Assembly (NCBI RefSeq): GCF_030144855.1
Contig: NC_082717.1
Coordinates: forward strand, 109,492,001 to 109,556,000
From: Hypanus sabinus
Lineage: Eukaryota
Direction: 5' to 3'
DNA: 64,000 nt
The position numbers and the translations under genes were made by a program. Shown in pieces: positions 51,954 to 62,800 of the stretch (the first letter of the stretch is position 1; every line of letters begins with the position of its first letter). The notes beneath the pieces are model-generated. The model saw only the letters and a list, made by a program, of their open reading frames with translations, did not search any database and was not told the origin of the DNA.

Positions 51954-54900
51954 ACATCTGGGAGAACGAGGTGCTGAGGGCCAGTGTCACAGTGGACCCT
52001 GTGACATTTGGGAGAATCAGGTGCTGAGGGCCAGTGTCCCAGTGGACCCTGTGACATTTGGGAGAACGAGGTGCTGAGGGTCAGTGTCCCAGTGGACCCT
52101 GTGACATCTGGGAGAACGAGGTGCTGAGGGCCAGTGTCACAGTGGACCCTGTGACATTTGGGAGAACGAGGTGCTGAGGGCCAGTGTCACAGTGGACCCT
52201 GTGACATTTGGGAGGAGGAGGTGCTGAGGGCCAGTGTCACAGTGGATCCTGTGACATCTGGGAGAACGAGGAGGTGCTGAGGGCCAGTGTCACAGTGGAC
52301 CCTGTGACATCTGGGAGAACGAGGAGGTGCTGAGGGCCAGTGTCCCAGTGGATCCTGTGACATCTGGGAGAACGAGGAGGTGCTGAGGGCCAGTGTCACA
52401 GTGGACCCTGTGACATTTGGGAGGAGGAGGTGCTGAGGGCCAGTGTCACAGTGGACCCTGACATCTGGGAGGAGGAGGTGCTGAGGGCCAGTGTCACAGT
52501 GGATCCTGTGACATTTGGGAGGAGGAGGTGCTGAGGGCCAGTGTCACAGTGGATCCTGTGACATTTGGGAGAATGAGGTGCTGATGGCCAGTGTCACAGT
52601 GGATCCTGTGACATCTGGGAGAACGAGGAGGTGCTGAGGGCCAGTGTCTCAGTGGATCCTGTGACATTTGGGAGGAGGAGGTGCTGAGGGCCAGTGTCAC
52701 AGTGGACCCTGTGACATCTGGGAGAACGAAGTGCTGTCGGCCAGTGTCTCAGTGGATCCTGTGACATCTGGGAGAACGAGGTGCTGAGGGCCAGTGTCAC
52801 AGTGGATCCTGTGACATTTGGGAGGAGGAGGTGCTGAGGGCCAGTGTCCCAGTGGACCCTGTGACATTTGGGAGAACGAGGTGCTGAGGGCCAGTGTCTC
52901 AGTGGATCCTGTGACATTTGGGAGGAGGAGGTGCTGAGGGCCAGTGTCCCAGTGGACCCTGTGACATTTGGGAGAACGAGGTGCTGAGGGTCAGTGTCCC
53001 AGTGGACCCTGTGACATTTCGGAGGAGGAGGTGCTGAGGGCCAGTGTCCCAGTGGACCCTGTGACATCTGGGAGAACGAGGTGTTGAGGGCCAGTGTCAC
53101 AGTGGACCCTGTGACATTTGGGAGAACGAGGTGCTGAGGGCCAGTGTCCCAGTGGACCCTGTGACTGGGAGAATGAGGTGCTGAGGGCCAGTGTCTCAGT
53201 GGACCCTGTGACATCTGGGAGAAGGAGGTGCTGAGGGCCAGTGTCCCAGTGGACCCTGTGACATCTGGGAGAATGAGGTGCTGAGGGCCAGTGTCCCAGT
53301 GGATCCTGTGACATCTCGGAGAACAAGGTGCTGAGGGCCAGTGTCACAGTGGACCCTGTGACATTTGGGAGAACGAGGTGCTGAGGACCAGTGTCACAGT
53401 GGACCCTGTGACATTTGGGAGAATGAGGTGCTGAGGGCCAGTGTCCCAGTGGACCCTGTGACATTTGGGAGAAGGAGGTGCTGAGGGCCAGTGTCCCAGT
53501 GGACCCTGTGACATCTTGGAGAACGAGGAGGTGCTGAGGGCCAGTGTCACAGTGGATCCTGTGACATCTAGGAGAACGAGGAGGTGCTGAGGGCCAGTGT
53601 CCCAGTGGATCCTGTTACATCTGGGAGAACGAGGAGGTGCTGAGGGCCAGTGTCCCAGTGGACCCTGTTACATCTGAGAGAACGAGGAGGTGCTGAGGGC
53701 CAGTGTCCCAGTGGATCCTGTGACATCTGGGAGAACGAGGAGGTGCTGACGGCCAGTGTCACTGGATCCTGTGACATCTGGGAGAACGAGGAGGTGCTGA
53801 GGGCCAGTGTCCCAGTGGATCCTGTGACATCTGGGAGAACGAGGAGGTGCTGAGGGCCAGTGTCCCAGTGGATCCTGTTACATCTGAGAGAACGAGGAGG
53901 TGCTGAGGGCCAGTGTCCCAGTGGATCCTGTTACATCTGAGAGAACGAGGAGGTGCTGAGGGCCAGTGTCTCAGTGGACCCTGTGACATCTGGGAGAACG
54001 AGGAGGTGCTGAGGGCCAGTGTCACAGTGGATCCTGAGACATCTGGGAGAACGAGGAGGTGCTGAGGGCCAGAGTCCCAGTGGATCCTGTGACATCTGGG
54101 AGAACGAGGAGGTGCTGAGGGCCAGTGTCCCAGTGGATCCTGTTACATCTGGGAGAACGAGGAGGTGCTGAGGGCCAGTGTCCCAGTGGACCCTGTTACA
54201 TCTGAGAGAACGAGGAGGTGCTGAGGGCCAGTGTCCCAGTGGATCCTGTGACATCTGGGAGAACGAGGAGGTGCTGACGGCCAGTGTCACAGTGGATCCT
54301 GTGACATCTGGGAGAACGAGGAGGTGCTGAGGGCCAGTGTCCCAGTGGATCCTGTGACATCTGGGAGAACGAGGAGGTGCTGAGGGCCAGTGTCCCAGTG
54401 GATCCTGTTACATCTGAGAGAACGAGGAGGTGCTGAGGGCCAGTGTCCCAGTGGATCCTGTTACATCTGAGAGAACGAGGAGGTGCTGAGGGCCAGTGTC
54501 TCAGTGGACCCTGTGACATCTGGGAGAACGAGGAGGTGCTGAGGGCCAGTGTCTCAGTGGACCCTGTGACATCTGGGAGAACGAGGAGGTGCTGCGGGCC
54601 AGTGTCACAGTGGATCCTGAGACATCTGGGAGAACGAGGAGGTGCTGAGGGCCAGAGTCCCAGTGGATCCTGTGACATCTGGGAGAACGAGGAGGTGCTG
54701 AGGGCCCGTGTCCCAGTGGACCCTGTGACATTTGGGAGAACGAGGTGCTGAGGACCAGTGTCACAGTGGACCCTGTGAAGTTTGGGAGAACGAGGTGCTG
54801 AGGGCCAGTGTCCCAGTGGACCCTGTGACTTTTGGGAGAAGGAGGTGCTGAGGGCCAGTGTCCCAGTGGATCCTGTGACATCTGGGAGAACGAGGAGTTG

Positions 54901-57616
54901 CTGAGGGCCAGTGTCACAGTGGATCCTGTGACATCTGGGAGAACGAGGAGGTGCTGAGGGCCAGTGTCCCAGTGGATCCTGTTACATCTGGGAGAACGAG
55001 GTGCTGAGGGCCAGTGTCCCAGTGGATCCTATTACATCTGAGAGAACGAGGAGGTGCTGAGGGCCAGTGTCCCAGTGGATCCTGTTACATCTGGGAGAAC
55101 GAGGAGGTGCTGAGGGCCAGTGTCCCAGTGGACCCTGTGACATCTGGGAGAACGAGGAGGTGCTGAGGGCCAGTGTCCCAGTGGACCCTGTGACATCTGG
55201 GAGAACGAGGAGGTGCTGAGGGCCAGTGTCACAGTGGATCCTGTGACATCTGGGAGAACGAGGAGGTGCTGAGGGCCAGTGTCCCAGTGGACCCTGTGAC
55301 ATCTGGGAGAACGAGGAGGTGCTGAGGGCCAGTGTCCCAGTGGACCCTGTGACATCTGGGAGAACGAGGAGGTGCTGAGGGCCAGTGTCTCAGTGGACCC
55401 TGTGACATCTGGGAGAACGAGGAGGTGCTGAGGGCCAGTGTCACAGTGGATCCTGTGACATCTGGGAGAACGAGGAGGTGCTGAGGGCCAGTGTCCCAGT
55501 GGACCCTGTGACATCTGGGAGAACGAGGAGGTGCTGAGGGCCAGTGTCCCAGTGGACCCTGTGACATCTGGGAGAACGAGGAGGTGCTGAGGGCCAGTGT
55601 CCCAGTGGACCCTGTGACATCTGGGAGAACGAGGAGGTGCTGAGGGCCAGTGTCCCAGTGGACCCTGTGACATCTGGGAGAACGAGGAGGTGCTGAGGGC
55701 CAGTGTCCCAGTGGACCCTGTGACATCTGGGAGAACGAGGAGGTGCTGAGGGCCAGTGTCCCAGTGGACCCTGTGACATCTGGGAGAACGAGGAGGTGCT
55801 GAGGGCCAGTGTCCCAGTGGACCCTGTGACATCTGGGAGAACGAGGAGGTGCTGAGGGCCAGTGTCACAGTGGATCCTGTGACATCTGGGAGAACGAGGA
55901 GGTGCTGAGGGCCAGTGTCCCAGTGGATCCTGTGACATCTGGGAGAATGAGGAGGTGCTGAGGGCCAGTGTCCCAGTGGATCCTGTGACATTTGGGAGGA
56001 GGAGGTGCTGAGGGCCAGTGTCACAGTGGACCCTGTGACATCTGGGAGAACGAGGAGGTGCTGAGGGCCAGTGTCCCAGTGGACCCTGTGACATTTAGGA
56101 GGAGGAGGTGCTGAGGGCCAGTGTCCCAGTGGACCCTGTGGCATTTGGGAGGAGGAGGTGCTGAGGGCCAGTGTCTCAGTGGACCCTGTGACATCTGGGA
56201 GAACGAGGAGGTGCTGAGGGCCAGTGTCTCAGTGGACCCTGTGACATCTGGGAGAACGAGGAGGTGCTGAGGGCCAGTGTCACAGTGGATCCTGTGACAT
56301 CTGGGAGAACGAGGAGGTGCTGAGGGCCCGTGTCCCAGTGGATCCTGTGACATCTGGGAGAACGAGGAGGTGCTGAGGGCCCGTGTCCCAGTGGATCCTG
56401 TGACATCTGGGAGAACGAGGAGGTGCTGAGGGCCAGTGTCCCAGTGGATCCTGTGACATCTGGGAGAACGAGGAGGTGCTGAGGGTCAGTGTCTCAGTGG
56501 ACCCTGTGACATCTGGGAGAACGAGGAGGTGCTGAGGGCCAGTGTCACAGTGGATCCTGTGACATCTGGGAGAACGAGGAGGTGCTGAGGGCCAGAGTCC
56601 CAGTGGACCCTGTGACATCTGGGAGAACGAGGAGGTGCTGAGGGCCAGTGTCCCAGTGGACCCTGTGACATCTGGGAGAACGAGGAGGTGCTGAGGGCCA
56701 GTGTCACAATGGACCCTGTGGCATTTGGGAGGAGGAGGTGCTGAGGGCCAGTGTCCCAGTGGACCCTGTGACATCTGGGAGAACGAGGAGGTGCTGAGGG
56801 CCAGTGTCTCAGTGGACCCTGTGACATCTGGGAGAACGAGGAGGTGCTGAGGGCCAGAGTCCCAGTGGATCCTGTGACATCTGGGAGAACGAGGAGGTGC
56901 TGAGGGCCAGAGTCCCAGTGGATCCTGTGACATCTGGGAGAACGAGGAGGTGCTGAGGGCCAGTGTCACAGTGGACCCTGTGACATCTGGGAGAACGAGG
57001 AGGTGCTGAGGGCCAGAGTCCCAGTGGATCCTGTGACATCTGGGAGAACGAGGAGGTGCTGAGGGCCAGAGTCCCAGTGGATCCTGTGACATCTGGGAGA
57101 ACGAGGAGGTGCTGAGGGCCAGTGTCCCAGTGGACCCTGTGACATCTGGGAGAACGAGGAGGTGCTGAGGGCCAGTGTCACAGTGGACCCTGTGACATCT
57201 GGGAGAACGAGGAGGTGCTGAGGGCCAGTGTCACAGTGGACCCTGTGACATCTGGGAGAACGTGGAGGTGCTGAGGGCCAGTGTCACAGTGGATCCTGTG
57301 ACATCTGGGAGAACGAGGAGGTGCTGAGGGCCAGAGTCCCAGTGGATCCTGTGACATCTGGGAGAACGAGGAGGTGCTGAGGGCCAGTGTCCCAGTGGAC
57401 CCTGTGACATCTGGGAGAACGAGGAGGTGCTGAGGGCCAGTGTCACAGTGGACCCTGTGACATCTGGGAGAACGAGGAGGTGCTGAGGGCCAGTGTCCCA
57501 GTGGACCCTGTGACATCTGGGAGAACGAGGAGGTGCTGAGGGCCAGTGTCACAGTGGACCCTGTGACATTTGGGAGGAGGAGGTGCTGAGGGCCAGTGTC
57601 ACAGTGGACCCTGTGA
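51954..57616. repeat. Minisatellite array, 50/53-bp unit, ~108 copies
   Basis: Unit GTGACATCTGGGAGAACGAG(GAG)GTGCTGAGGGCCAGTGTC(A/C/T)CAGTGGA(C/T)CCT. Confidence 0.99.
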
Positions 57617-57899
57617 AATACGTGACGCGGATCGGAATGTAGCATAGGATTCCGGAATTCAGATTTATCTATCACATGTGCATCAAAACATAAAGTGGAA
57701 TCTGTTCATCCAACACACACAAGGATTTGCTGGGGACAGACGAGCTGCCAGTGGGAGTGCTGGATGCGGATTTGATTTCAACATTCAAGAGAAGATTTTA
57801 TAAGAAAATGGATGGGTGAGGGTTTGGAGGAAATTGGTCAGGGTGCAGGTCGATTGGGACTGGGCAGATTAATGATTCAGCATGGGCCAGGTGGGCCGA

Positions 57900-58110
57900 A
57901 GGGCCGGTTTCTGTACTGGAGACAGCCTGCAAATGCCCCTGTGCTTCTGGCACCAACAAGCATGCCCACAACTTTCTAACCCTAACCCTAACTTGTTTGG
58001 AATGTGAGAGGAGACCCACACAGCCTTGGAGAGAATTACCAACTCTTTTACAGGCAGCTTCAGGAATTGAATCCCGATCTTACAGCTGCCTCTGTAAAGC
58101 ATTGTGCTAA
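57900..58110 (-). mobile_element. SINE fragment between the two arrays
   Basis: tttggaatgtgagaggagacccacacagcc..ctttacaggcagc..ggaattgaatccc..gtgctaac, reverse match to the tRNA-SINE family seen elsewhere in the window. Confidence 0.55.
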
Positions 58111-58190
58111 CTGGGTCAATTCAGTCATTTCTTCCCCCTCCCCCCCCCCCCCCCCCCGGATTGTCGGAGGTTGAAGGGTGACCTCAAAAG

Positions 58191-60556
58191 CTTCTGTAGA
58201 TGTACCGTGGAGAGCATTCTGACAGGCTGTATCACTGTCTGGTGTGGAGGGGCTACAGCATTCTGACAGGCTGCGTCACTGGTATGTGGGGGCTACAGCA
58301 TTCTGACAGGCTGCGTCACTGTCTGGTATGGAGGGGCTACTGCATTCTGACAGGCTGCGTCACTGGTATGTGGGGGCTACTGCATTCTGACAGGCTGTGT
58401 CACTGTCAGGTATGTGGGGGCTACAGCATTCTGACAGGCTGCGTCACTGTCTGGTATGTGGGGGCTACAGCATTCTGACAGGCTGCATCACTGTCTGGTA
58501 TGTGGGGGCTACAGCATTCTGACAGGCTGCATCACTGTCTGGTATGTGGGGGCTACAGCATTCTGACAGGCTGCGTCACTGTCTGGTATGTGGGGGCTAC
58601 AGCATTCTGACAGGCTGCGTCACTGTCTGGTATGTGGGGGCTACAGCATTCTGACAGGCTGCGTCACTGTCTGGTATGGAGGGGCTACTGCATTCTGACA
58701 GGCTGCGTCACTGTCTGGTATGTGGGGGCTACAGCATTCTGACAGGCTGCGTCACTGTCTGGTATGTGGGGGCTACAGCATTCTGACAGGCTGCGTCACT
58801 GTCTGGTATGTGGGGGCTACAGCATTCTGACAGGCTGCATCACTGTCTGGTATGTGGGGGCTACAGCATTCTGACAGGCTGCGTCACTGTCTGGTATGTG
58901 GGGGCTACTGCATTCTGACAGGCTGCATCACTGGTATGTGGGGGCTACAGCATTCTGACAGGCTGCATCACTGTCTGGTATGTGGGGGCTACAGCATTCT
59001 GACAGGCTGCGTCACTGTCTGGTATGTGGGGGCTACAGCATTCTGACAGGCTGCGTCACTGTCTGGTATGTGGGGGCTACAGCATTCTGACAGGCTGCGT
59101 CACTGTCTGGTGTGGAGGGGCTACAGCATTCTGACAGGCTGCGTCACTGTCTGGTATGTGGGGGCTACAGCATTCTGACAGGCTGCGTCACTGTCTGGTA
59201 TGTGGGTGCTACAGCATTCTGACAGGCTGCGTCACTGTCGGGTATGTGGGGGCTACAGCATTCTGACAGGCTGCGTCACTGTCTGGTATGTGGGGGCTAC
59301 AGCATTCTGACAGGCTGCGTCACTGTCTGGTATGGAGGGGCTACTGCATTCTGACAGGCTGCGTCACTGTCTGGTATGGAGGGGCTACAGCATTCTGACA
59401 GGCTGCATCACTGTCTGGTATGTGGGGGCTACTGCATTCTGACAGGCTGCGTCACTGTCTGGTGTGTGGGGGCTACAGCATTCTGACAGGCTGCGTCTCT
59501 GTCTGGTGTGGAGGGGCTACAGCATTCTGACAGGCTGCGTCACTGGTATGTGGGGGCTACTGCATTCTGACAGGCTGCATCACTGTCTGGTATGTGGGGG
59601 CTACAGCATTCTGACAGGCTGCGTCACTGTCTGGTATGTGGGGGCTACAGCATTCTGACAGGCTGCGTCACTGTCTGGTATGGAGGGGCTACTGCATTCT
59701 GACAGGCTGCGTCACTGTCTGGTATGGAGGGGCTACTGCATTCTGACAGGCTGCGTCACTGTCTGGTATGGAGGGGCTACAGCATTCTGACAGGCTGCAT
59801 CACTGTCTGGTATGTGGGGGCTACTGCATTCTGACAGGCTGCGTCACTGTCTGGTATGGAGGGGCTACTGCATTCTGACAGGCTGCGTCACTGGTATGTG
59901 GGGGCTACTGCATTCTGACAGGCTGCGTCACTGTCAGGTATGTGGGGGCTACAGCATTCTGACAGGCTGCGTCACTGTCTGGTATGGAGGGGCTACTGCA
60001 TTCTGACAGGCTGCGTCACTGTCTGGTATGTGGGGGCTACAGCATTCTGACAGGCTGCGTCACTGTCTGGTATGGAGGGGTTATAGCACAGGACCGAAAG
60101 AAGCTGCAGAAGGTTGTAACTCTGGTCGGCTCCATCTTGGGTACTAGCCTACAAAGTACCCAGGACATCTTCAGGGAGCGGTGTCTCAGAAAGGCAGCGT
60201 CCATTATCAAGGAACTCCAGCACCCAGGGCATGCCCTTTTCTCACTGTTACCATCAGGTAGGAGGTACAGAAGCCTGAAGGCACACACTCAGCGATTCAG
60301 GAACAGCTTCTTCCCCTCTGCCATCTGATTCCTAAATGGACATTGAAGCTTTGGACATTGAAGCTTTGGACATTACCTCACTTTTTAAATACATATTATT
60401 CTGTTTCCACACAATCTTTAATCTATTCATTATAGATATACTGTAATTGATTGACTTATTTTTGTTCTTTTATACTGCGTCTAGCATTGAGCAGCTGCTG
60501 CTAAGTTAAGAAATTTTGCGACACAGGCTGGTGATAATAAACCGGATTCTGATTTC
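58191..60556 (+). mobile_element. Rex1/Babar-like LINE 3' fragment hosting an internal tandem expansion
   Basis: RCTVESILTGC..[array]..WYGGVIAQDRKKLQKVV..HPGHALFSLLPSGRRYRSLKAHTQRFRNSFFPSAI; tail gataataaaccggattctgatt; same family as 5763-6990. Confidence 0.93.
58213..60088. repeat. 44-bp tandem array (~43 copies, some 40-bp variants) derived from LINE ORF sequence
   Basis: Unit AGCATTCTGACAGGCTGCGTCACTGTCTGGTATGTGGGGGCTAC. Confidence 0.99.
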
Positions 60557-60599
60557 AGTGTATAAAATCTTGCGGGTGTACTACAGATAAGATGGATGC

Positions 60600-60990
60600 T
60601 TAACTTACTTACTGCCAGTTGTGCCTGGTGGCATTTAGGGCAGCAATGATGGTCCTCCATCTCTGTCCGTGTGTTCACGTCCTTGGTTTTCACTATTGTC
60701 AGCCATGCAAGTCCCGGGTGGAGACTCAGGAATACCGTCACACTCCGATGAAGAAAGGTTCTTCATTGTAGTTTCCGTAACAGTTCTGTTTGAGCAGTCG
60801 GGGTTGTTAGCCCCAAGCCGAACCTGGAGGACCGATGAACCACTCTTCATCTGGCCTCTGCCCTTTGACCTGTTTGGCATGGGTGACCCTACCAGGAGCC
60901 AAAGCACAAAGCCCCGACTCCAGCCAGTGTAGCTCATCGGGTCATAGAGGCACGCAGGCCTCCGAACCACGACGAGGTTGCGGTCCTGGT
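60600..60990 (-). mobile_element. Bipartite non-autonomous RTE-derived element (RTE 5' UTR fused to RTE 3' end)
   Basis: Minus strand ACCTCGTCGTGG..GGTAGGGTCACCCATGCCAAACAGGTC..CCTCCAGGTT..GGGCTAACAACCC resembles RTE 5' UTRs; 3' end QRWRTIIAALNATRHNWQ* plus (TAAG)n tail. Confidence 0.7.
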
Positions 60991-61399
60991 CTTGGCAAAA
61001 CTGATCCAAAATCAAAACAAAACAATCGCTGCTTTCCTTGCGATGGCTGCAGGGTTGCGATGCACCCTCCGCTCCAATCAAATGATTGCTCCGAAGAGTC
61101 GGTTCTTTAGCAAACATACAACCTGGGAGCCATACGAAGTGGTCGGCAAAGATGTGCCCTCTGCTGGTCCCAAGCCATGAAGTGCGCATGAATACGTAAT
61201 TCATTCCCTTCGCTCTTACCGCACCCCCCCCCCCCCCCCCGCTAACGTGCAACACAAAATGCAAAACAGATAGAAAAGATGCATGGCTCCTACATTCCAG
61301 CCCCCTAATTATTATACTATATTAATTACAGTTAGCTGTTACGTGAAGACACAAGACGTGAAATCTCGACATTTACACATGCTCTCTATGGTAAGCAGG

Positions 61400-62800
61400 T
61401 AGATTGTGATCCTCCCCTGCCAAACCAGATTGCCCCTCTTGAATGCATTCAGGAAGATCTGTCTTGAATCCACGCACAATACTGCAGTCCCATTAACTGT
61501 CAGCTCTGGCTGGGCGTATTTTCTTCCCGTCTCCTTTCAATGGTCCATTAACAGTCCAACCTGCCATTGTTCTGGTTGCATAGAGTCCAACATTAACACT
61601 GCAAGTCAGTTGCAGTGGCCCGATCTTTGACACATTCACCTCCATCAGTGGCTCGATTTTGGCAAATAAACATGCTTCAGGTGAGACCATTCCTGAAGAT
61701 CTCTGGTGAGGAACGTTCTCCTTTCTCCTGTGTGTAGACTTCAGGCAGTTCACTGCGGTTTTCATTGTCCCTTCCAATCCTGAAATGAAGTAGCTATTTA
61801 CAATTCTCTTGGCCCACGGTGCATAAGAGAATGAATGGGTGTTCCTTTTCCTGTCAGGTTGAGCTTGTTCATGAGGCTCACTGTGCAGAACACTGCTGTA
61901 CTTCCTTGATCTAGAAAAGCATAAGTAACCATTGTCTTGTTACTCTTCTTAGACTTCACCTGAACTGGAAGTTTACAATCATGATCACCAGCCTCTCTAA
62001 GGCCAGTAGATACCAGGGCGGTACTCGCTGCTGTGTTTGCTTCATTCATGGTTTATAACGAATCTACATCAGCTCCAGGCTCAGTTTCAGCTTCACGTTC
62101 CACAGTAGCCACAGAAATGGCAAAACAGCTTCCTTTAGCTTGAGAATGAATTAGTGATCCAGTTCTGTGCACACCTTCACTTACTGTCGGTGATGTAGCT
62201 TTGTATCTTTTTCCAAATACTGGGTGTGTAGCAATCCTTACTTGCCTTTCAATAAAATCCACAATGTCAGTGACAGTAACCTTATGGTTGTGCCTTTCTT
62301 GTAGTTTATACACTGCCAATCTCCATTCTTATTGAAACTCATTGGGCAATTTATTTACAACCATCTTAGTGTTTGCACTTTAACTCTTGCCTGTAATTTC
62401 TTCCTGCAACTTCAGCTGCTCCATCTGCCTTCGAAGTTGTCCTGCCTGTTCTTCGTGGTTTCTCCGAAGCTGTTCTGACTTCTTGTCCGAGAGACGTGCT
62501 TATCGCTCAAACTCCATTGAATTGCGTCTAACTCGGCGAAATCGGCCCCCATTCTAACGTGGTACCAGACACACGGATTGCTCTGCCAGTGGTTGCAGAA
62601 CATACTTCACACATATTAGGCACACTGTCTTCAGCTTTGTGTGCAGCCACAGCCTGTTCTTTGTCTTCCCCCCCCCCCCCCAGGGAACTGACCATGATTG
62701 TTTAATTTCTCTCTCAGTCTTGGCTTCACGGTCACTGCTTCCAGTTGAACTCATTTTGTCTTCCAAGTGCACAAACAAGACAAAATAATGGAAGTTTCAT
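61400..62800 (-). mobile_element. BEL/Pao LTR retrotransposon remnant (gag and aspartic protease)
   Basis: DIVDFIERQVRIATHPVFG (gag); LPVQVKSK..TYAFLDQGSTAVFCT..LMNKL (protease); YATRTMAGWTVNGPL; multiple stops and frameshifts. Confidence 0.85.

Noticed and set aside
51954-57616. CACAGTG heptamers as V(D)J recombination signal sequences
   Set aside because: No ACAAAAACC-like nonamer at 12 or 23 bp and no V/J segments nearby.
51728-57675. Long repetitive minus-strand ORFs (up to 370 aa, MSQGPLGHWPSAPP...) as a novel repeat protein
   Set aside because: Unit lengths 50 and 53 are not multiples of 3, so all three frames cycle through the same peptides; these are artefacts of a stop-poor strand with no splice or promoter support.
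57976-57992. (CCCTAA)n telomere-like motif
   Set aside because: Fewer than three units and embedded in a SINE body.
51954-60088. CRISPR-like array (palindromic repeats)
   Set aside because: Units are head-to-tail with no unique spacers, there are no cas genes, and the context is a vertebrate intron.
58200-60328. Cys/Gly/Trp-rich ORFs as a keratin-associated-like protein
   Set aside because: They are translations of a 44-bp LINE-derived repeat that shifts frame every unit.
60635-61264. 209-aa minus-strand ORF
   Set aside because: Runs through a poly-G tract and the RTE-derived non-coding element; no recognisable domain.
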